From: Chloroflexia bacterium
GTDB taxonomy: Bacteria; Chloroflexota; Chloroflexia; QHBQ01; JADMIH01
DNA length: 38,107 nt
Direction of reading: 5' to 3'
Assembly (NCBI GenBank): GCA_038324555.1
Contig: JBBQIC010000002.1
Span: 1 to 38,107 of the forward strand
Positions 9,082 through 15,862 of this stretch are shown piece after piece. The position numbers were made by a program, and so were the translations under genes. The notes beneath the pieces are model-generated. The model saw only the letters and a list, made by a program, of their open reading frames with translations, did not search any database and was not told the DNA's origin. The stretch's first letter is position 1; the number at the start of each line of letters is the position of its first letter.

Positions 9082-9370
9082 CCGACGCCGTCAGGGTCTA
9101 TTCAAAGTCGCTGGTGTTGGGGTTGAGGAACCAACTAGTACAGCTTGGCTCAAATAAGTCCATAGTATGGAGCCGTGCTGCTGCCTACGAAACCGTTGGT
9201 TTATTTAGACCCTGCTGTACTAGACCTTGTCATTCTGAGCGAAGCGAAGAATCTCTAACCTCAGCACAGTGCCCGACGACCAGATTCTTCGCTTCGCTCA
9301 GAATGACAAGGTCTAGTTGGTTGGTCTTTCGCTTGCATTTCCGACTTTGAATAGACCCTGCCGACGCCGT
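9082..9370. mobile_element. MITE-like non-autonomous element: 269 bp with 19-bp perfect terminal inverted repeats, flanked by a 10-bp direct repeat
   Basis: The TIR cagggtctattcaaagtcg (9092-9110) is the exact reverse complement of cgactttgaatagaccctg (9342-9360). The direct repeat ccgacgccgt flanks it at 9082-9091 and 9361-9370. There is no credible ORF inside. Confidence 0.8.
9221..9315. repeat. GTCATTCTGAGCGAAGCGAAGAATC-family palindrome (34-bp perfect arms, 27-nt spacer) nested inside the MITE
   Basis: Arms at 9221-9254 and 9282-9315 are exact reverse complements. The same family recurs at 12576-12696 and 18480-18510. Confidence 0.85.
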
Positions 9371-9377
9371 AGAGCGT

Positions 9378-9407
9378 TTGACAAGCAGCCCAGTGCCATG
9401 GTATAAT
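9378..9407 (+). promoter_or_regulatory. sigma70-type promoter for tRNA-Gln
   Basis: TTGACA (9378-9383), 18-nt spacer, TATAAT (9402-9407). The tRNA begins at 9419. Confidence 0.6.
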
Positions 9408-9418
9408 TATCAACGCAT

Positions 9419-9490
9419 TGGGGTGTCGTCTAACGGTAGGACAGCTGATTCTGGATCAGTAAGTTGAGGTTCGAATCCTTGCACCCCAGC
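9419..9490 (+). tRNA. tRNA-Gln (anticodon CTG)
   Basis: Hand-folded cloverleaf. Acceptor TGGGGTG/CACCCCA, anticodon arm GCTGA-TTCTGGA-TCAGT, T arm TGAGG-TTCGAAT-CCTTG. No encoded CCA. Confidence 0.85.
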
Positions 9491-9511
9491 CCCACAATTT
9501 AGGCGTGAATA

Positions 9512-9550
9512 GGGCCTGGATACTTACTTAGTTATCCGGGCCTTTCGTTT
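9512..9550 (+). terminator. intrinsic terminator after tRNA-Gln
   Basis: Stem ggcctggata/tatccgggcc (one mismatch) followed by tttcgttt. Confidence 0.55.
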
Positions 9551-9806
9551 GGGTTGGAACCCAATTCTCATACCATTAGGCTATTGCCGAACTTGGCTTA
9601 GACGGTTATGATACTATACGGTATCCTTCGTACCGCCTCTACCCACACATTATAGGGTAATTTGCTCATGCAATAGCAAGGCTAGGCTCGGCTCGGCGGC
9701 AAATCGAAGCTCTCATCGTTGGTTGAAACGTTCATCTGATAGCGGCACTATATATATTCTGATTAGAAGACGTGTCGCAAGAATATTACAAGAGGGGAAT
9801 AAATAA

Positions 9807-10742
9807 GTGGCGAAATATCTTGTTACAGGCGCAGCGGGTTTTATCGGATCGAATATAGTCGGGGAATTAGTAAAGCGCGGGGAAGATGTACGCGCTTTTG
9901 ATAACCTGGCGACGGGCAGAATGTCTAATTTGCATAGCGTTATGCCAAGTATTCAGTTCATCAAGGGCGATATAACCGACCCAGGCGCGGTTGGCGAGGC
10001 TGTCATGGGGGTTGATTATGTTTTGCATCAGGCCGCACTGCCCTCGGTTCCACGCTCGGTGCAAGACCCTTTGAGGTCGCATGAAGCTAACGCTACGGGC
10101 ACACTGAATGTGCTACTTGCCGCCCGCGACGCAGGGGTCAAGCGCGTAGTCTACGCATCGTCATCCTCGGTCTACGGCAACAGCCCTACTCTCCCCAAGC
10201 ATGAAGCTATGCCCACCGATCCCCTCTCGCCCTACGCGGTCAACAAACTGGCGGGCGAGCAGTATTGCAAAGTTTTCACGCTGGTCTACGGCTTGCCCAC
10301 GGTAGCGTTACGTTACTTCAACGTCTTTGGGCCGAACCAGGACCCGACCTCACAGTACGCGGCGGTCATCCCTGCGTTTATTACGGCAATGCTCGCAGGC
10401 AAAAGCCCAACTATATACGGAGACGGCCTGCAATCCAGAGATTTTACTTTCATTAGCAATGTAGTGTCGGCAAATCTCTTGGCCTGCCAACGGGAAGAAG
10501 CCAATGGCTCTGCCATGAACATAGCCTGCGGCGACCGTATTTCGCTTCTTGACCTGGTTGCCCAGATAAATAAGCTGCTAGGCACTAACATCGAACCTGT
10601 CTTTGAGCCGCCACGACCCGGCGACGTGAAACATTCAATGGCGGACATCACACAGATTCAGGCTAAACTCGGCTACAAGACAATTGTCAACTTTGACGAA
10701 GGCTTGTCCCGCACTATAGAATACGTGATGCGTGATGCGTGA
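9807..10742 (+). CDS. NAD-dependent nucleotide-sugar epimerase/dehydratase (SDR family, UDP-hexose/UDP-GlcNAc 4-epimerase-like)
   Basis: ORF track with GTG start and RBS gagggg. Rossmann motif TGAAGFIGSN and catalytic YxxxK (SPYAVNKLAGEQY). Confidence 0.9.
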   Translation: MAKYLVTGAAGFIGSNIVGELVKRGEDVRAFDNLATGRMSNLHSVMPSIQFIKGDITDPGAVGEAVMGVDYVLHQAALPSVPRSVQDPLRSHEANATGTLNVLLAARDAGVKRVVYASSSSVYGNSPTLPKHEAMPTDPLSPYAVNKLAGEQYCKVFTLVYGLPTVALRYFNVFGPNQDPTSQYAAVIPAFITAMLAGKSPTIYGDGLQSRDFTFISNVVSANLLACQREEANGSAMNIACGDRISLLDLVAQINKLLGTNIEPVFEPPRPGDVKHSMADITQIQAKLGYKTIVNFDEGLSRTIEYVMRDA

Positions 10743-10790
10743 AACGTGATTATCGTAATTCACGTTTCACGCATCACGCATCACGCATCA
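10725..10790. repeat. hairpin built from tandem heptamers: (GTGATGC)2 GTGAAAC, loop, GTTTCAC (GCATCAC)2 GCATCA
   Basis: Read directly. The left arm overlaps the last codons and the TGA stop (10740-10742) of the epimerase gene. Confidence 0.85.
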
Positions 10791-10830
10791 GGAGGGGTCA
10801 CAAGGGTTGGAGTTTGAAGAATTCAGGATC

Positions 10831-11565
10831 ATGTACGAAGCCGAGAATACCCATTGGTGGTATCGGGGGCTGCGTGGGGTGATGTTTCAATTGCTGGGGT
10901 TGCGGAATCCACGTAATCGCTCCATAAAAATACTGGACGCGGGGTGCGGCACGGGCGGTACCCTGCAAGCGTTGATGAACCAGGGCTTCACCAACCTGGA
11001 GGGATTCGACATCAATCCGCCTGCCCTGCACTTTTGCAAGCAAAGAGGTCTGCGCAACGTTAAACTTGGCTCCATAACCGATATACCCTTTGAGAGTGAT
11101 AAGTTCGATGCAGTCATATCCAGCGACGTGATCTGCGATGCAGGCACCTCGAACGAAGCGACTGCCTTGCACGAGCTTTACCGTGTGCTGAAACCCGGTG
11201 GGCGGCTCTTTCTCAATCTTCCAGCGTTCAGTTTCTTGCGAAGCGAGCACGACCGGGCAACTGACGTAGCACGGCGCTACACAAAAGGCGAGATTTCCTG
11301 CAAACTTATGGAGGCGGGTTTCGCGGTCAGGCGCGTCACGTACTGGAATATGTTCCTCTTCCCAATAGTGTTGCTGGTACGTATCGTCCGCCGCGAAGGT
11401 GAGAATGACCTGAATAATCCCGCCCGCTCGGACATCCTCCTCCCGCCTAAGCCTGCCAACAGCCTGTTGACTTCCGTCCTTTGGCTGGAACGCCGTTTGT
11501 TGCGGCGGACCAACCTTCCATTCGGCTCGTCGGTTGCCGTGCTGGCAATCAAGCCCAGGAAGTAA
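10831..11565 (+). CDS. class I SAM-dependent methyltransferase
   Basis: ORF track 10807..11565 (TTG). I prefer ATG 10831, preceded by agga. Motif I ILDAGCGTGG and post-I/II LKPGGRLFLNLP. The N-terminus MYEAENTHWWYRG is typical of this family. Confidence 0.85.
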   Translation: MYEAENTHWWYRGLRGVMFQLLGLRNPRNRSIKILDAGCGTGGTLQALMNQGFTNLEGFDINPPALHFCKQRGLRNVKLGSITDIPFESDKFDAVISSDVICDAGTSNEATALHELYRVLKPGGRLFLNLPAFSFLRSEHDRATDVARRYTKGEISCKLMEAGFAVRRVTYWNMFLFPIVLLVRIVRREGENDLNNPARSDILLPPKPANSLLTSVLWLERRLLRRTNLPFGSSVAVLAIKPRK

Positions 11566-11697
11566 ACACACGCGCACGTTGCGTGATGTCAAGCACTTGA
11601 GTGTGCTGTATATCGTCTCCAAAGGGTGTGCTTGTTCTATCGGGCTGAGATAAAATAGTGGTATGAGTTGTAAACTGCTTCCAAGTGAGAACCGGGC

Positions 11698-12564
11698 ATG
11701 ATGGAGCGCAGGCTGTCGCGCCGCCAGTTTCTGAAAAAAACGTTTATGGTAGCCGCCGGGGCCACCCTCGCGGGCACAAGCGGCGTAAGCTATGCGCGCA
11801 ACGTCGAGCCTGGTTGGGTTGACGTAGAACCGGTCAAGTTGGCGCTGCCCCGGCTCTCTCCGGCGTTTGACGGCTATCGCCTCGCCCAGATAAGCGACCT
11901 CCACATGGGCGACTGGATGGACCGCGAGCATTTAGCAGAAATAGTGGAGATCACCAACAACCAGCACCCCGACCTCATCGCTATCACGGGCGACTTCGTA
12001 ACCAAGCGCGCCGATCTCTCCGCGCAAGACCTCACCGACGTTCTTAGCACGCTGCGCGCAAAAGATGGAGTGGTAGCAGTGCTCGGCAATCACGATCAGT
12101 ACGGCAACAGGCCAATAATTCAGAAGGTGTTGCACGATAGCGGCATTATCGAGCTAAGTAACGGCGTTCACACCCTCAAGCGCGGTAATGAGCGGTTCCA
12201 CATAGCAGGCGTGGACGATATCTGGCACGGCCTGAACAGGCTTGACCTCGTGCTTAGTAAGTTGCCCACGTCAGGCGCCGCCATGCTCCTGGCCCACGAA
12301 CCCGATTTTGCCGACACCAGCGCGTCCACCGGGCGCTTCGACCTCCAGATTTCCGGCCATTCACACGGCGGCCAGGTAATCGTGCCCTTCCTCGGCCCGC
12401 AGAGGTTGCCTCCCTACGGGCGCAAATATCCCCTCGGACTTTACAAAGTCGGCGATATGCTGCAATATACTAATCGCGGGGTTGGGATGGTCAAGCCCTA
12501 CGTGCGATTTAACTGTAGACCTGAGATCACGATGTTCACACTGGAAACATTAGAGGCTCTCTGA
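11698..12564 (+). CDS. Tat-signal metallophosphoesterase (YkuE-like)
   Basis: Twin-arginine leader SRRQFLKKTFMVAAGATLAG. Metallophosphoesterase motifs DLHMGD, GDFV, GNHD and GHSHGGQ. Confidence 0.9.
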   Translation: MMERRLSRRQFLKKTFMVAAGATLAGTSGVSYARNVEPGWVDVEPVKLALPRLSPAFDGYRLAQISDLHMGDWMDREHLAEIVEITNNQHPDLIAITGDFVTKRADLSAQDLTDVLSTLRAKDGVVAVLGNHDQYGNRPIIQKVLHDSGIIELSNGVHTLKRGNERFHIAGVDDIWHGLNRLDLVLSKLPTSGAAMLLAHEPDFADTSASTGRFDLQISGHSHGGQVIVPFLGPQRLPPYGRKYPLGLYKVGDMLQYTNRGVGMVKPYVRFNCRPEITMFTLETLEAL

Positions 12565-12575
12565 AAAGATGGTGA

Positions 12576-12696
12576 TGTGTCATTCTGAGCGGAGCGAAGA
12601 ATCACTCTCCCTGGCAAAGAGTCTAAGGAAAGCCCTGGTGATGACCCTGACCCCTATGACCCCGTAGTGATTCTTCGCTCCGCTCAGAATGACACA
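12576..12696. repeat. GTCATTCTGAGCGGAGCGAAGAATC-family palindrome (30-bp perfect arms, 61-nt spacer)
   Basis: Arms at 12576-12605 and 12667-12696 are exact reverse complements. It starts 12 nt after the metallophosphoesterase stop. Confidence 0.85.
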
Positions 12697-12756
12697 GGTT
12701 AGTTTTCAGACAGTTTCTTATAATGCAGTAGGTGTCAGCAGGGAGGACTCAATTGT

Positions 12757-13206
12757 ATGAAGCGGGTAACTGAGGGCATCCGGTGGACCCCACATCAAGA
12801 CCAATACACTAAGTTTAGTTCTCAATTCTCAGCTTCATACATGAGTAATGCTAAATGGCGCAAAGTCTTCACAGCTATTGCTGATGCCATCGCAAATTCC
12901 AGCTTGCGTGTTACAATTGCGGAATGGAAATGGTTAGATTCCGATAAAGTGCAGTTAACAAGGGTGCCACATCACAGTGACATTCTGTATCAACGCTTCG
13001 CTGATGGGGAGCTACAACCCGTTGAATACAAATGGATTGAGTGGATAAGGTTTCCACGCGTATACAAGCCACATAAGGGTATAGGTCTTACTGTGGACCA
13101 GGATATTGATGCCTTGTTTCATTTACTCACTTCTTGCGCGCAACTTCAACTCGAAATAGATAGTGAGCAGCTTACCCTGTTTGCGTATGGCCGAAAGATA
13201 AGCTAA
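12757..13206 (+). CDS. hypothetical protein (no recognised domain)
   Basis: ORF track, 149 aa. Clean ORF in a visibly AT-richer stretch. No motif I can name. Confidence 0.6.
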   Translation: MKRVTEGIRWTPHQDQYTKFSSQFSASYMSNAKWRKVFTAIADAIANSSLRVTIAEWKWLDSDKVQLTRVPHHSDILYQRFADGELQPVEYKWIEWIRFPRVYKPHKGIGLTVDQDIDALFHLLTSCAQLQLEIDSEQLTLFAYGRKIS

Positions 13207-13296
13207 GGGAGCGAGACTTAGAACTCACTTTAAAAGCTCGCCGACAGTATCTTACCTGATACGTGGTACACTTCTGGAAGATATAGAGGTCCACAA

Positions 13297-13734
13297 TTGC
13301 TTACTCCTCAAGATGAGGCGCCGCAGTCCCAACCCAACGATACAAAACGAGATAACCTTATCTTAGCGACCGAATCTCTTTTTACAGGCGGTGGCTTCGT
13401 GATAGGAGTATTTGCGTCTCTGGTGATGTTTAGGGTGGGAGAAAGGATTTTGGGAAATCCGCATCTGTCATTTATTGGCTGGACTGGCTGCTTGCAGATT
13501 ATTCCAATTGTATTAGGTTTTATTATATGCATCTCCGCGGGCATACTGCTTGGATGGTGGTTGTGGCTACGCTTATTTGCTAAACGTTTGGCCGTGACGA
13601 AGCAAGAAGCCTATTGGCTTATTACTGGCCCTTCTTTTCATGTACCGATATTAACACGCTTGGCCCTTCGCATGATGGATATAAGCAAAGCCGAAGAGAA
13701 GCAATTTCGCAACGCCCGAAAGAAGCGCCACTAA
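13297..13734 (+). CDS. hypothetical membrane protein
   Basis: ORF track, 145 aa, TTG start with agagg upstream. Hydrophobic segments FVIGVFASLVMF and IIPIVLGFIICISAGILLGWWLWL, with a basic C-terminal tail. Confidence 0.5.
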   Translation: MLTPQDEAPQSQPNDTKRDNLILATESLFTGGGFVIGVFASLVMFRVGERILGNPHLSFIGWTGCLQIIPIVLGFIICISAGILLGWWLWLRLFAKRLAVTKQEAYWLITGPSFHVPILTRLALRMMDISKAEEKQFRNARKKRH

Positions 13735-13799
13735 CCTCTTGCTTGCGCTCAGTTTTAGACCATCTCTCAGCATGAGTTAATTACAAAGGGGCTCATATT

Positions 13800-15236
13800 A
13801 TGTCTTCCAACAACCCAATCGCAAACCTGCTCCAACAACCCCCCACCGTCCTAAACGTAGGCGTGCGGCAATTCGCCGACACCTTACAACAAGTAGGCGC
13901 GCCCCATCTGCACGTTGACTGGCAGCCCCCCGCGCAGGGCGACCCGACCCTCGGCAGCATTCTCGCCGCCCTCTCCGACGACCACACTCCCGGCAGCATA
14001 GGCGCGCGCATTTTGGCAGCCAATGAAGAAGCCCTGCGCCGCTTCTTCGCCGCCGATCCCGTTTGGGTGGACATACTCCCCGCCCGCGAAATCTGGCCGG
14101 AGATGGACGACCGTTTACTCTACCACGCCGGGCCGCCTATCGCCTGGGAGCGAATGTGCGGCCCCATGCAAGGGGCAATCATCGGCTCCATCCTCCTAGA
14201 AGGTTGGGCGGAAGACGAAACGGGCGCTCGCAAGCTGGCCTCCGAGGGCGGCGTGCGTTTCGACCCCTGCCACCATCACGGCGCGGTCGGGCCGATGGCC
14301 GGGCTGGTCTCGCCCTCGATGCCTATGTTCGTAGTCCATAACACAGACGCGGGCAATTACGCCTATTCGTCGCTCAACGAGGGGATGGGCAAGGTGCTGC
14401 GCTACGGGGCGTTCGCGCCCGAAGTGCTCAAGCGGCTGCGCTGGATGTGCGATGTACTTGGCCCTACGCTCCAGGCTGGCATACGCGCTATAGGCGGCGG
14501 CATCCAGCTAAAGCCCCTCATGGCCCAGGCTCTGCAAATGGGCGACGAACTCCACAACCGCCACGTCGCCGCCACTTCCCTGCTCTTCAAGGCGCTGGCC
14601 CCCGCGCTGGTACGCGCCCTCGACGACCGAGAGCGGGTGGCGTCCGCGCTCGACCCGATTGCCGCCAACAACTACTTCTTCCTCAACCTGGCAATGGCCT
14701 CCTGTAAAGTGGCTTTAGACGCCGCTCATGGCATCCCAAATTGCACGGTAGTCACTGCTATGGCGCGCAATGGCGTAGATTTCGGCCTCCGTGTGAGTGG
14801 AACCGGCGACCAGTGGTTCACAGGCCCCGCCGCCATACCGGAAGGCGTCTATTTGCCCGGCTTTACCGAGGCAGACGCGGCTGGCGACATCGGCGACAGC
14901 GCCATCACCGAAACAGCGGGCCTGGGTGGCTTCGCTATGGGAGGTGCGCCAGCAGTCGTCAAGGTCGTGGGCGGCACTCCAGACGACGCCGTAGCCTACA
15001 CGCAGGCCATGTACGGCATCACCCTGGCCCGCAACCCGAACTGGACCCTTCCCCCGCTCTCTTTCGCGGGCACGCCCGCAGGGATAGACGTGCGTAAAGT
15101 TGTAGACTCCAATGTGCTGCCTATAATCAACACGGGCATCGCCCACAAGGAAGCGGGTATCGGGCAGGTAGGGGCGGGGTTGGTCCACCCACCTATGGCC
15201 TGCTTCACGGCGGCGTTACAAGCCCTCTCTGGGTAA
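13800..15236 (+). CDS. DUF1116-family protein (YlbE/AllG-like)
   Basis: ORF track, 478 aa. The segment DPCHHHGAVGPMAGLVSPSMPMFVV matches my recollection of the DUF1116 core. No fdrA-like partner gene is adjacent. Confidence 0.7.
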   Translation: MSSNNPIANLLQQPPTVLNVGVRQFADTLQQVGAPHLHVDWQPPAQGDPTLGSILAALSDDHTPGSIGARILAANEEALRRFFAADPVWVDILPAREIWPEMDDRLLYHAGPPIAWERMCGPMQGAIIGSILLEGWAEDETGARKLASEGGVRFDPCHHHGAVGPMAGLVSPSMPMFVVHNTDAGNYAYSSLNEGMGKVLRYGAFAPEVLKRLRWMCDVLGPTLQAGIRAIGGGIQLKPLMAQALQMGDELHNRHVAATSLLFKALAPALVRALDDRERVASALDPIAANNYFFLNLAMASCKVALDAAHGIPNCTVVTAMARNGVDFGLRVSGTGDQWFTGPAAIPEGVYLPGFTEADAAGDIGDSAITETAGLGGFAMGGAPAVVKVVGGTPDDAVAYTQAMYGITLARNPNWTLPPLSFAGTPAGIDVRKVVDSNVLPIINTGIAHKEAGIGQVGAGLVHPPMACFTAALQALSG

Positions 15237-15308
15237 GAGTTCAGAGGCCCCGTAGGGGCGAACACAAGGTTCGCCCCTACGGGGCCTCCCCAAGTCTGAA
15301 CTCTTACC
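15232..15308. repeat. 77-nt nested palindromic element (variant of the GTAGGGGCG...CGCCCCTAC family)
   Basis: Outer arms ggtaagagttcaga (15232-15245) and tctgaactcttacc (15295-15308). Inner arms ggccccgtaggggcgaac and gttcgcccctacggggcc. The TAA stop of the DUF1116 gene (15234-15236) lies in the outer arm. Confidence 0.8.
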
Positions 15309-15326
15309 TCTCTGAGGAGATAATAA

Positions 15327-15381
15327 AGTAACAGACAAAAACCCTCGACCATCATGTGATCGGGGGTTTTTGTCTGTTACT
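15327..15381 (-). terminator. intrinsic terminator for the VOC gene
   Basis: Stem aagtaacagacaaaaaccc pairs with gggtttttgtctgttactt. On the minus strand it is followed by tttatt. Confidence 0.6.
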
Positions 15382-15393
15382 TACGCAATAGAA

Positions 15394-15756
15394 CTATTTT
15401 TGCATAGTGGTGAATAGGGCCGCCTTATTGCCAGTCGGGTCGGTAAAGATGGCGAACCAGCCCATGTTCGGGATCTCGGTCTTGGGCATGATTGTCTTGC
15501 CTCCAAGGGATGCGACTTTGGTAAGGGTCTCATCTATATCGTCCGTGCCGAAGTAGACGAGCATGTCGCCTGCCTTTACGCCGTTCTCTCCAACCTGTAC
15601 AAACGCGCCGCCAGGCCCTGGGGAAGCCTCGAACTGCAAGTAATTGAAGTTCGGATCAAGTTCCAGCTTCCAATCAAAAAGCGATGAATAGAATTTGCCT
15701 GCCGCCTGAGGGTCATTTGCCGATATTTCCAGGTGAACGATAGGGTGGTTTGCCAT
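15394..15756 (-). CDS. VOC (glyoxalase/bleomycin-resistance) family protein
   Basis: ORF track, 120 aa. Typical VOC layout: IVHLEISANDPQAAGKFYSSLFDWKL ... MGWFAIFTDPTGNKAALF. Confidence 0.85.
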   Translation of the reverse strand: MANHPIVHLEISANDPQAAGKFYSSLFDWKLELDPNFNYLQFEASPGPGGAFVQVGENGVKAGDMLVYFGTDDIDETLTKVASLGGKTIMPKTEIPNMGWFAIFTDPTGNKAALFTTMQK

Positions 15757-15862
15757 TGGTGAATGCTCCTTTTATTAAATGAGATTAGTTGGGTTAGAGT
15801 ATAATGGGGGTCAGTACTCAGCAATTATTATAGCACAGACGTTCTGTTCTGCCAAGGGGCAA

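Noticed and set aside
9051-9350. 99-aa ORF across the MITE.
   Set aside because: It is a translation of inverted repeats (…HSERSEES…). It spans the TIRs and the nested palindrome and has no coding signal.
10798-11931. 377-aa minus-strand ORF.
   Set aside because: It runs antisense across the SAM-methyltransferase gene and into the start of the metallophosphoesterase gene, both of which have clear catalytic motifs. It has none.
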